Origin: Candidatus Saccharimonadota bacterium
GTDB lineage: Bacteria; Patescibacteriota; Patescibacteriia; 2-12-FULL-60-25
Length of the DNA: 26,898 bases
Reading direction: 5' to 3'
Assembly (NCBI GenBank): GCA_022843095.1
Contig: JALHOH010000002.1
Coordinates: 498,891-525,788, forward strand
The notes beneath the pieces are model-generated. The model did no database searches. It was not told where the DNA came from and saw only the letters and a program-made list of their open reading frames with translations. Position numbers and translations under genes: made by a program. Every line of letters starts with the position of its first letter. The stretch's first letter is position 1. This document shows positions 17,580 to 25,258 of the stretch, piece after piece.

Positions 17580-18680
17580 CTACGCGCAGCTCGAAGCGGT
17601 GCAACGCGCGGCGATCGCGGGACACGCAGACCTCGCCGAACGCGACGTCTCCGTGGGGAAAACCAGCCCGAATGGACCGCTCGACGTTGCGCCCAAGTTC
17701 CCTTCGACGCAAGGCCGTTCGGGCCGGAAAGTGACTGCCTGTTCGCGCGTCGGTGGGACAGGGGCTTCGGCGGATGACGCGCGCAGCTCCGGTGGAATTG
17801 CGGCGGCAAGCGTCGCGATCGCGCGCCTTCGATGCGTGTCCACGAGGTGCAGGTACTGCATGGTGGTCGTGACGGAGGCGTGTCTGAGCGCGCCCGCGAC
17901 AACCGCGACATCGGCCCCGGCGGTCAGCATGTGCGTCGCGGCTGCGTGACGGAAGCTGTGCGGGCTCACCTTGCGCGTGATGCCTGCCTTCCCGCGCAGG
18001 ACTGCGATCACGTGCTGCACGGCACGGACAGAGAGCCGCGTACCGGTCTGCAGCCCGACGAAGAGTGCGGTCTCCCCTGCTTTGGCGATCGCGCCGCGCG
18101 CCTCGACCCACGCCGTGAGCAACGCGAGGGCATCGGGGTTCAGCGCGACGCTGTGTCGGGTCGCGCCCTTCCCGTGCACGTCGAGGAGCGACGCGCTCAC
18201 CGGCTCGAGCTGCGAGACCGTGAGCCCGGCCACCTCGTGCACACGCAGCGCGGTCTGCGACAACACCGCGAGGAGCGCGATGCTGCGGCTCCGCGCGACG
18301 GGGTCCGGCTCTTGGGCTGCCGCGGAGAACATCGCGCGGATCTCTCCGAGCGTTGGGACTGCGGGCTCGTGTGCAGGCTCACGCAAGAGCCGGATGCCTT
18401 TCGTGGGGTCGCGAGAGAGGAGCCCGTGCTCTGCGGCGAAGCGGAAGAACACGCGCAATGCGGCAAGGTCGAGGTTCCTTGCGCGCGGGGCTCGCGCCGC
18501 GCCGGTCTGCTTCGGGCGCACAAGGAAGGCTTCGACGTCTGCGAGGCTTGGCTCTGTTTTCACAGGCAGATCGCGGAACGCGAAGAACGTCTCCACGATC
18601 CGTGCGTACGTGGCTTGGGTTCGTGGGGCGTGGTTTCTGGCGGAGAGAAAGCGGCGAAAGTCGTCGAGGTGTTCACGCAT
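17580..18680 (-). CDS. Tyrosine recombinase / phage-type integrase (XerC/D-like)
   Basis: The N-terminal SAM-like domain reads FLSARNHAPRTQATYARIVETFFAF. Catalytic signatures are ALRVHEVAGL (R), HSFRHAAATHM (HxxR), LRHASVTTT and MQYLH (Y). About 70 aa of non-canonical C-terminal tail follow. Confidence 0.8.
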   Translation of the reverse strand: MREHLDDFRRFLSARNHAPRTQATYARIVETFFAFRDLPVKTEPSLADVEAFLVRPKQTGAARAPRARNLDLAALRVFFRFAAEHGLLSRDPTKGIRLLREPAHEPAVPTLGEIRAMFSAAAQEPDPVARSRSIALLAVLSQTALRVHEVAGLTVSQLEPVSASLLDVHGKGATRHSVALNPDALALLTAWVEARGAIAKAGETALFVGLQTGTRLSVRAVQHVIAVLRGKAGITRKVSPHSFRHAAATHMLTAGADVAVVAGALRHASVTTTMQYLHLVDTHRRRAIATLAAAIPPELRASSAEAPVPPTREQAVTFRPERPCVEGNLGATSSGPFGLVFPTETSRSARSACPAIAARCTASSCA

Positions 18681-18748
18681 ATGCGCGACGGTTCACCACG
18701 CAGGGTACCTGGCGGGCGAGGCTGTTGACGAGGGCGGCCGAAGCAACG

Positions 18749-18778
18749 CGCTTCGTCGAAGGGAACTTGGACGAAGCG
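18749..18778. repeat. 9-bp inverted repeat between the CBASS effector stop and the integrase start
   Basis: cgcttcgtc (18749-18757) and gacgaagcg (18770-18778) with a 12-nt loop. It could be a U-tract-less terminator or a protein-binding site. Confidence 0.3.
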
Positions 18779-18811
18779 GCGTGAGGCGGGCATCTCGGCG
18801 TGCGACCATCC

Positions 18812-19471
18812 TCATGCCCCATCCGCGTCGGTCGGAGTGGACGTCGTCGGAGCCGTCGCGCCCGTGCTCGCAGCTGGTGATGACGTTCTCGCCGCGACGC
18901 GCTTCGTGAGCGTCAGCGAACCGAACGTCTGGCGATCGCGGTCGTTGTAGTAGCGACCTCGAGCTGTTCCATCTGCCGCGAACGTAATCTTCGCCGTGCC
19001 CGCATGCGCGTGGAGGTCGGCCTTCGCCGCGGGATCTGGCTCGTTGCGGTATGCGTAGGTGAGCACGGCACCCTGCGTTGGATCGTCCGAGAGCCACGCC
19101 CCGATGCTCGACGAGCTCGATGTCGCGGTCTTCACGGTCACGAGGATGCGGGTCCACTCCTGCGCGATCGTGAGCGTCCCCTTGATGGGCTTCGCGTGCT
19201 GATCGTTCGACGAGAGAATCTCCAGCTCGTACGTGCCGCGAAGGTCCGGGATGCCGTGCAGCCATCGAAACGCATGCCAGCCCCACTTGTTGAAGAACCA
19301 CGCGAGGCCCGCGAGGAATCCGAAGGGCGCGGGCGTGTCGATCCACCACGGCGCATGCACCACCTCCAAGATCTTGCCCAAACCGAACGCGAGCGCGAGC
19401 GCGGGAACGAAGAGCCACCGCTGCGCCTCTTCCTGCTTGTCGTGGGCATACGGGTGAATGCCCGCACTCAT
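18812..19471 (-). CDS. cap15: CBASS effector, 2TM + beta-strand-rich domain (S-2TMbeta / Cap15-like)
   Basis: ORF 18812..19504 trimmed to MSAGIHPY (ATGA overlap with the cyclase stop at 19468-19471). Two TM helices (WLFVPALALAFGLGKILEVV, FGFLAGLAWFFNKWGW) are followed by a beta-rich segment (GTYELEILS..GTLTIAQEWTRILVTVKT..VLTYAYRNEP..GTAKITFAADGTARGRYYNDRDRQTFGSLTLTKR). Confidence 0.65.
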   Translation of the reverse strand: MSAGIHPYAHDKQEEAQRWLFVPALALAFGLGKILEVVHAPWWIDTPAPFGFLAGLAWFFNKWGWHAFRWLHGIPDLRGTYELEILSSNDQHAKPIKGTLTIAQEWTRILVTVKTATSSSSSIGAWLSDDPTQGAVLTYAYRNEPDPAAKADLHAHAGTAKITFAADGTARGRYYNDRDRQTFGSLTLTKRVAARTSSPAASTGATAPTTSTPTDADGA

Positions 19472-20349
19472 GACGGCGACTGCCCGTTGAACGCGCGGAT
19501 CCACGCCTCCCGCGCGAGCTGCTCGTTCGGCGCACGTCGGGCGTAGTCGGCGTGCACAAGCGCCTCACCGAGCCTCTGCTGAAAGGACTTGAATTGTGGG
19601 GCGTCCCACTCAGTGCTCGTGAAGATGCTGTCCTCTCCTCCAGGACGACGCACGGGGCGCGTGTCGTAGTTCCAGGCGACGATCTCGTGCCCGACGGACA
19701 CGAAGGCATCTGCACCGACGTTCGAGAAGCATCCGTCGGGCACCGCATGGAGCAGGCACTCGATGTAGAACGAGGGGGCGATCTTGCTGTCCGTCGTGAC
19801 GGCACGCCGCCATGCCTTGAAGAGACGCACCGTTTGCTTGAACGCGCCGTCCGTGCGGCGACTCTTCTCCGCTCCCGCTTCGTAGTGGCTGCGCGGCCAG
19901 TTGCGGCGTTCGCGCCTCTCGCGAAACGAGTAGATCGCGACAGGGTCGCTCTCGGGGCTCGTGACGTAGATCGCGGGAACGACGTCGATCGTGACGCCCG
20001 TGTTCAACTGGATGCACTTGTCTTTCCGCTGCCACTTCCCGGCATACCGGCTGTCCGCCTGAAGTTTGCGCTCGATGCGCGCGAAGATCTCGTCCCACGA
20101 GACGGTCGTACCGCCCGCCGCGACCCGACCGAACGTGCTGCTCACGACGCCGAAGGAGACTGCGACGAGATCAACATCGTTCATGTCCCAGAGCGACGTT
20201 TCGTTCTTGTAGCTGCCCTGGAGGAGCGTCGCGTACCCGTCGCCCAGCGCGGCTCGAACGTTTTGATGGAGGGACACGGCTCGCGCGACGGTGCTCTCCG
20301 CGGGCGGGCGGGCGTATCGAAGGACGAAGTCGTTCGGCAGGTTGGACAT
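19468..20349 (-). CDS. CD-NTase / SMODS-family nucleotidyltransferase (CBASS cyclase)
   Basis: LLQGSYKNETSLWDMNDVDLVAV carries the GS ... DxD motifs, VTIDVVPAIY the third acidic residue, and LFKAWRR and PSFYIECLL are present. This layout is typical of cGAS/DncV-like nucleotidyltransferases. Confidence 0.7.
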   Translation of the reverse strand: MSNLPNDFVLRYARPPAESTVARAVSLHQNVRAALGDGYATLLQGSYKNETSLWDMNDVDLVAVSFGVVSSTFGRVAAGGTTVSWDEIFARIERKLQADSRYAGKWQRKDKCIQLNTGVTIDVVPAIYVTSPESDPVAIYSFRERRERRNWPRSHYEAGAEKSRRTDGAFKQTVRLFKAWRRAVTTDSKIAPSFYIECLLHAVPDGCFSNVGADAFVSVGHEIVAWNYDTRPVRRPGGEDSIFTSTEWDAPQFKSFQQRLGEALVHADYARRAPNEQLAREAWIRAFNGQSPS

Positions 20350-20484
20350 GAGGGACAGTTCCTCGCGAACAGTGAGCGGGACGAACGCGACGAGAGCGAC
20401 GGCGGCCCCGTCGTGACCACCTGAACGCTAGCGCCATGCGAGCGTCAGGAGCAACGCGATCAGGCACAGAGACGACGCGAGGAC

Positions 20485-20964
20485 GTGCTTGCTGACGTGC
20501 GTGGTGGCGGAGCGACGAAGTACGCTCCGCATGTGGCAGAGAAGCTCGTGTATCACCGGCTCGATGCGCCTTCTCGAACGTCGCCGTTCGCGCGAGCGAT
20601 CGCGAAGATCGCCCGAGGCGGGAAGGTCGACGTCGTCGGCCCCTATCTCAGCGTCGAGCGGCTGAACGAGCTCGTGTCGCACACGACGTCGTGGCGGCTC
20701 GTGACGGACGCGCAGGAGTGGCTGCGCGCGGAGGGGCACGAGGCGCAGAGAGCGGCGGACTTCATCGAAGCACACCATAAGCGGGTGCGGGACTGTCGCG
20801 GGGTACACGCCAAGGTCGTGATCGGCACGGAAGAGGCGCTTGTTGGCTCGGCGAACCTAACGGCGATCGCCTGGCTCTCCCAACGAAGCTCATCGTCGAA
20901 ACCCTACAATGCCCATCGCGGTAGCGGTAGCGGTCAAGCTCGGATGCTGGCAAAGAATCGTTGA
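20485..20964 (+). CDS. Single-HKD phospholipase D-family (Nuc-like) nuclease
   Basis: FARAIAKIARGGKVDVVGPYLS is followed by GVHAKVVIGTEEALVGSANLT (HxK ... GSxN). Its size of about 159 aa is like dimeric Nuc-type enzymes. The start is uncertain (GTG at 20485 or 20533). The last ~28 codons lie in lower-GC sequence and the last 31 nt overlap a convergent ORF. Confidence 0.65.
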   Translation: MLADVRGGGATKYAPHVAEKLVYHRLDAPSRTSPFARAIAKIARGGKVDVVGPYLSVERLNELVSHTTSWRLVTDAQEWLRAEGHEAQRAADFIEAHHKRVRDCRGVHAKVVIGTEEALVGSANLTAIAWLSQRSSSSKPYNAHRGSGSGQARMLAKNR

Positions 20965-21389
20965 ACGGTCTGCTCGGTCAGCCTCGTCGAAGTAAATCCT
21001 TTGCCAACGAGGATGTTTCTCAGTCCGATCTGAACACTTCTCTCGGGAATCGAACGATCTCGTGCCCACTGGAGGTAGTCCGAGACAAGCTCGAAGTGCC
21101 TAATGCGCGTCGGATCAGCAAGAGACGATTTGCATGTCGGGCACCAGAACATCTTCTCTGTCGAGTACTCGTACGAAAAATATGTCGAAAATCGAGTAAC
21201 AGGACGCTTGCAGCGTCCTTCGCATTGAATCGTGAACGGTGCCGCGTCGAGTTCCTGCATCAGCTCTTGAAGTCGGCGGGCACGTTCGGTTAGGCGACTT
21301 CGTTGCGTTGATGCGAAAGCGGCTAGCGGCTCGCGAAACAACTGCAATTCAGGCGACGGCGGTTCGGTGACATTTCGGGGAGTGGCCAT
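20934..21389 (-). CDS. Hypothetical Zn-ribbon protein (151 aa)
   Basis: The ORF has plausible codon periodicity. QCEGRC (Cx3C) and WCPTC (Cx2C) are about 30 aa apart. I recognise no family. Confidence 0.5.
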   Translation of the reverse strand: MATPRNVTEPPSPELQLFREPLAAFASTQRSRLTERARRLQELMQELDAAPFTIQCEGRCKRPVTRFSTYFSYEYSTEKMFWCPTCKSSLADPTRIRHFELVSDYLQWARDRSIPERSVQIGLRNILVGKGFTSTRLTEQTVQRFFASIRA

Positions 21390-21502
21390 ACTTAATCCGT
21401 ATCGCCAACGGCTGGCTTGTCAACTGGCGCCACGCGGGAGACTGCGCAAGAGACAGATTCCCCGGGGTGAGTTCATGCGGTGATGACTCCTTGAAGTGAC
21501 TG

Positions 21503-21823
21503 ATGAAATGGGACGCAAGGGATCAACCAGCGGCGATTCCGGTAACTATCGACCGACATGCGCTCGACCGAATGCCGGAGCGGAGAGACTCGGTTGATAT
21601 GCCGTCCACATCCTGGCGCGTCCACATTCTCCGTCGCATGAAAACCGCACTGAAGTTCGTCCGCGGCGACGGTTTCAGTCCGGAGCTCCAGGCGCGAGGC
21701 TGTCGCACGATGGCATCGACCGAGCTGCTCGCCGCGATCATGGCGCTCCTTCTGGACGTCAGCGAGTGGCAGCGCCCGACGATCGCAAAGATGGTGGTTA
21801 CGGTAAGGCTTGCCGGAGTTTGA
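21503..21823 (+). CDS. Hypothetical protein (106 aa), weak DUF4258-like N-terminal pattern
   Basis: This frame has better GC3 and periodicity than the overlapping minus-strand ORFs. VTIDRHALDRMPERR resembles the HAxxRMxER motif of DUF4258-type small toxins, and the C-terminus reads IAKMVVTVRL. Recognition is weak. Confidence 0.35.
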   Translation: MKWDARDQPAAIPVTIDRHALDRMPERRDSVDMPSTSWRVHILRRMKTALKFVRGDGFSPELQARGCRTMASTELLAAIMALLLDVSEWQRPTIAKMVVTVRLAGV

Positions 21824-22127
21824 TGGGACACCGAAAAGTCGAAAGATCCGTGGCGAGGACGAGCCCGAGGTCGTTGTCGCGGAGGGCACCGTCCAGAACG
21901 GCTTGAAGGCGCGAGGTCCTAGGAGAGCGTTCCTCCGCATCGTACTGGGTCGCTCACCGAAATAGTGATATAACAAGGCGGTGTAGCGATGCCAGTCCGC
22001 GCAAAACATACCTCAACCTCTCCGACGAATTGCGCGATGTGTCGAGCCGTCGGTGGACGGTGCCCACACGCACAAAACCCATCGACCGGCAAGCGGCCGA
22101 AGGACCTGTCTCGACTGAGTCCCCAAC

Positions 22128-23714
22128 TCAGGACAGATTGGTAGAAACGATCGTTCGGAGCAGATCGTTCCAGGAGTTCGTTGCAAGCGAGAGTCTCTGG
22201 GTAGCCGACAACCAGAACCGCTTGCCTACGTCGCGCCGGTCTACTCGCTGGTCGAGTGAAGGCGACAGCGGCTTGCTGTACGCCGCCTCGATCTGTGTAT
22301 CGAGTGCCGAACGCGCATATCGTGCGTGCTCATGAAACGGAGACGTTGTTCCGAAATCTGCGGAAAGAAGCGCAAAAATGGTCTCTTTCACTTGGGGGAG
22401 CGAGGTGTTTCGAATCTTACTCTCCCCTACTTCCTTCATGGATGCGAGCACGAGTTTACAAGCAACCACCAGGTATTCGAGGGCAAGCGTAAAGTCGACG
22501 CCAGCAATTCCATTCGGGGGCAACGGCGAAGGCAATCGCGCTCCCGCGACGCGTAGCGCTTCGCTGCAGCCCAAGAACGGCACGCGATGGGACCACCGAT
22601 GATACGCGAGATCCTCTACAACCTGGGCGAAGTTCGCGGCTCCTTTGCCTTCCATAATTCGCTTGACCTGTTCCGCATCTTCAGGGTTGAGCGTGATGCC
22701 TCCGGGTTGAACCCTGTTCTGCAGCTTTCGACTGGCAAAGTGGCGAATGAGCGTACGAACCTCTTCGAGCGAAGCGTCTTTCGAGAACAGCGGGATGTCC
22801 ATTGCGACCCACTCCTGGAAAGAGGAGTTGAGCGAAGAGTTCGTCGGCCGAACCCCTATGCTCGATGAGTGCATGACTTTCAGGCCGGCGGATTGACCGA
22901 GCCAGTAGGACAAGGCCGGAAGTTCGAAGACGCTGGACTCGCCGTTGACCTTCATAGTGGACCCGATGTCGAGAATCTCGACCGTGAGGCCATGCTTGCC
23001 TTCGTCCTGCGGACTGGGTTCCGAGGAGCGATTGGTCGCACTACGTTGGTTGAATCGACTTTGCAATTCGTTGAGCGTCACCTCCTTGATACAATACTGG
23101 TCTGTGACCATCGCGCCGAGAAGTCGAGCCCACAGTCTCGCCTCGAATCCGCACAGGACGTACGGTTTCAACGATGGAACAGAATTCGTGTCGATCGCGC
23201 GGAGAACATCCTGCGCCGCGTGTGCCAACTGACTGAAAAACTGCGTTCTTGTGTCGTTCAGCAGCAGCAGTGGCTTCTCTCCCCTCACTCCTACCATCAG
23301 GTCAGCGGATTCAGGTCCGGAAAGGACCTGAATATCGCTCCACAGGCAGTAGTCATCATTTCTGGCATTCAAGGCGCTCACGAGTGCATTGATGTTTTGC
23401 ACCCTTGCCTCGAACCGCCGCTCAGAAGTCAGCACATTCGCGAAGCGCTCGATCTGGGAGTCGGTGAGCACGTCGCTCTCATCGATTGTGCCGGTGTTCA
23501 GGCCAGTCGCAGCCGCGACTTGGCGAAGGCGCTCGACGCTGATGTTGCATGCGTTAGCAAACATCGCCAACGTCGTTCCCCCCGTGGAAACGGGCGCGAT
23601 GCCACTCCCTGGAGTGACCTGCTCGTTGGACCTGTTGTCCTGAGTGATGGAGCGACCTGAAGCGGGAAAGTCGCTCGGCGCACGGGAAGCCCTTTCGGAC
23701 TTCGCGTGCGCCAT
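22128..23714 (-). CDS. Hypothetical protein (528 aa), no recognised domain
   Basis: A long uninterrupted ORF in the low-GC islet. The N-terminal ~50 aa are disorder-like, and an alternative start is M51 (23564). I found no P-loop or nuclease signature. Confidence 0.6.
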   Translation of the reverse strand: MAHAKSERASRAPSDFPASGRSITQDNRSNEQVTPGSGIAPVSTGGTTLAMFANACNISVERLRQVAAATGLNTGTIDESDVLTDSQIERFANVLTSERRFEARVQNINALVSALNARNDDYCLWSDIQVLSGPESADLMVGVRGEKPLLLLNDTRTQFFSQLAHAAQDVLRAIDTNSVPSLKPYVLCGFEARLWARLLGAMVTDQYCIKEVTLNELQSRFNQRSATNRSSEPSPQDEGKHGLTVEILDIGSTMKVNGESSVFELPALSYWLGQSAGLKVMHSSSIGVRPTNSSLNSSFQEWVAMDIPLFSKDASLEEVRTLIRHFASRKLQNRVQPGGITLNPEDAEQVKRIMEGKGAANFAQVVEDLAYHRWSHRVPFLGCSEALRVAGARLPSPLPPNGIAGVDFTLALEYLVVACKLVLASMKEVGESKIRNTSLPQVKETIFALLSADFGTTSPFHEHARYARSALDTQIEAAYSKPLSPSLDQRVDRRDVGKRFWLSATQRLSLATNSWNDLLRTIVSTNLS

Positions 23715-23729
23715 GGAAAATCACCAGTC

Positions 23730-23759
23730 TTGACAACAAGTTATGCGATATGGTATACA
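23730..23759 (+). promoter_or_regulatory. Sigma70-type promoter with extended -10, divergent from the 528-aa gene
   Basis: TTGACA (23730-23735), an 18-nt spacer ending in TGg, then TATACA (23754-23759). Confidence 0.45.
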
Positions 23760-23765
23760 ACCAAG

Positions 23766-24099
23766 TCGCCTGAAAGCGGCCCCCGAATTGCCGATGACAT
23801 GTGGTCGTCGGCGGCTCGGGTGCCGGTGGGGACAACTCGCCATGGATTGGTACTCCTTGTGCGGGTCGCTGTGATGCTTCCTTCATCACATATGCTCCGC
23901 CGGCACCCACCCTCCTCGTGAGCGAAGTCTCGACGATAGGGATGAGGGACGGACAGAACACCCCAGTAAAGTTCGTCCGGCCCAAGCCTCGTCAAGCCGC
24001 ACACGTACTTTTCCGCCTCCCCGGTAGCTCGCAGCGTTAGCTCTCTGCCGCCGCCATAAGCAAAATCGGCCAAGTTTCACCCGGAAACTTGGCTTTTTT
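23766..24099 (+). ncRNA. Candidate ~330-nt transcription unit (structured RNA or small-protein mRNA) bounded by a promoter and a terminator
   Basis: It lies between the promoter at 23730-23759 and the terminator at 24069-24099. A 14-bp long-range helix (23818-23831 with 23895-23908, two G-U pairs) encloses the hairpin gtgatg-cttcctt-catcac (23871-23889). Only weak ORFs without an SD are present. Confidence 0.3.
24069..24099 (+). terminator. Canonical rho-independent terminator
   Basis: gccaagtttc-acccg-gaaacttggc gives a 10-bp stem, followed by tttttt. An A-rich tract upstream gives it some bidirectional character. Confidence 0.8.
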
Positions 24100-24388
24100 G
24101 AATTTTCGAGCCCGGCCGCCGAGTGTCACCCACGAAGAGCGGAAAGGCGATCCGTTGCGACAGCCCGTCATGTTGCCGCAGCCGCACTGGGGCGGATCGA
24201 GCATCGAGCCCAAACATAGACCAGATTGTCAGCACTTCTTGGTGCAATTCGCTCCGCGGGGCCTTCGTCGCCTGCGAATTCTGCGAGAATGTTTGCTCTG
24301 GCTCGCTTGCTTCGACCGCTGGCCCGCGGAACGCACTCAAGGACCTCGCCGCGACGCGCAATCCCGTGCGCTGCGGCAGGAGGTCCCA

Positions 24389-25258
24389 GTGCTCGATTCC
24401 CCCACCCCCCAACCGCCCCTGCCTGTGCCGCTGCGCTCGCTCACAGCGGTCGCTTGCTCGCTCGCCCTGTTCGGCTGCTCCGACGCCGGCGCTCGCGCCC
24501 GCCGCCTCGCGCAGGAGGCCGCCGCGCAAAGCGGACTCGGCGACCGTGCCCCGCAGTCCGCGCGCGCCTTCGTGTTTCTCTGCGACACGAGCCCTCGCGC
24601 GGGGTGCTCCGAGCCCGTGCTCGACCAGCTCATCCCCGCACTCGCCCGCACCGCGTCCCGAGCACCCGGCTCAACTCTCACAGTCGGCGCGCTCGGCTCG
24701 ACGGTGGGTGAGACCCGAGAGGTCGCCTCCCTCTCCGCGCCCCCGCTCCCACCGCGACCCCGCGATCGTGAGGCCGCGCTTGCACGCTTCGTCGACACGA
24801 CGAGGCAGACGCTCTGCCCGCCCATGCGGCCCGTCCTCGCGGGCGTGCGGCCGCGCCAAAGCCCCATCGTCGAGTCCATCGCGAAGGTCGCCCTCGCGCG
24901 CAATCCGAACCTGACGCTCTCGCTCGTGGTGGTCTCGGACGCCCGAGAAGACTCGCGCTTCGGCGCGTTCGCCTGCGGGCCACTGCCGTCGCCCACGGCG
25001 TGGACTGCGCTCCTGCAGCGCCGCGGAGTCCTGCCTCCAGGCTCTCTCTCCGGCGTATCAGTGCACTTCGTCCTCGCTCATGCCGGGCCACAGGGCACGC
25101 GCCGCTGTGCGCCGTCGATTGGGCGCGAGCGCGCGATCCGCACCCTTTGGGCCCACGCCCTCACGCGCGCTGGAGCCGCAGCTGTGACCTTCGCGAGCTC
25201 GCCTGCCGAGCTCGTCGCTTCCTTTTCAACGCCCACCTCGACAGGAGGCTCTCGATGA
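24389..25258 (+). CDS. Putative lipoprotein, weak vWA-like pattern
   Basis: An in-frame GTG within ORF 24089..25258 is preceded by AGGAGG 5 nt upstream. The signal and lipobox-like sequence is LRSLTAVACSLALFGCSD. AFVFLCDTSPR and LSLVVVSDARED recall vWA beta1/MIDAS and beta4. GC3 bias is high in this frame. Confidence 0.5.
   Translation: MLDSPTPQPPLPVPLRSLTAVACSLALFGCSDAGARARRLAQEAAAQSGLGDRAPQSARAFVFLCDTSPRAGCSEPVLDQLIPALARTASRAPGSTLTVGALGSTVGETREVASLSAPPLPPRPRDREAALARFVDTTRQTLCPPMRPVLAGVRPRQSPIVESIAKVALARNPNLTLSLVVVSDAREDSRFGAFACGPLPSPTAWTALLQRRGVLPPGSLSGVSVHFVLAHAGPQGTRRCAPSIGRERAIRTLWAHALTRAGAAAVTFASSPAELVASFSTPTSTGGSR

Noticed and set aside
15656-17734. 692-aa plus-strand ORF
   Set aside because: It is an Ala/Arg/Pro-rich, low-complexity product antisense to the Cys-rich lipoprotein gene. 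The minus frame has a signal peptide, a lipobox and recognisable repeat motifs. Long antisense ORFs are expected at about 70% GC.
17832-19805. Overlapping long ORFs (17832..18728 +, 17971..18909 +, 18693..19805 -, 19552..20424 +)
   Set aside because: These are alternative or antisense frames of the integrase, Cap15-like and CD-NTase genes in very high-GC DNA. Their products are Arg/Gly/Pro-rich with no motifs.
20428-20808. 126-aa minus-strand ORF, including a hydrophobic C-terminal peptide upstream of the CBASS cyclase
   Set aside because: It is antisense to the PLD gene, whose frame carries a clear HKD motif. The short hydrophobic tail alone is not enough evidence.
21473-22009. 178-aa minus-strand ORF (and 21523..21831 minus)
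   Set aside because: The product is His/Arg/Cys/Ser-rich and unprotein-like. The opposite-strand 106-aa frame has better periodicity. The true content of 21827-22127 remains unresolved.
22115-22130. Near-identity of gagtccccaactcag to gagtcccaactcag at 165-178
   Set aside because: This is a 13-14-mer match with an indel. Chance matches of this length are expected among all pairs in a 27-kb window, and there is no supporting context.
22740-22757. RTLIRH (Rx4H) in the 528-aa protein as a HEPN motif
   Set aside because: A single short pattern match without the surrounding HEPN helical context is expected by chance.
23741-24073. 110-aa minus-strand ORF upstream of the 528-aa gene
   Set aside because: Its only start is a TTG inside the stem of the strong terminator hairpin, and it lies antisense to a well-formed promoter-terminator unit. 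It is not excluded, but I judge it less likely than the plus-strand unit.
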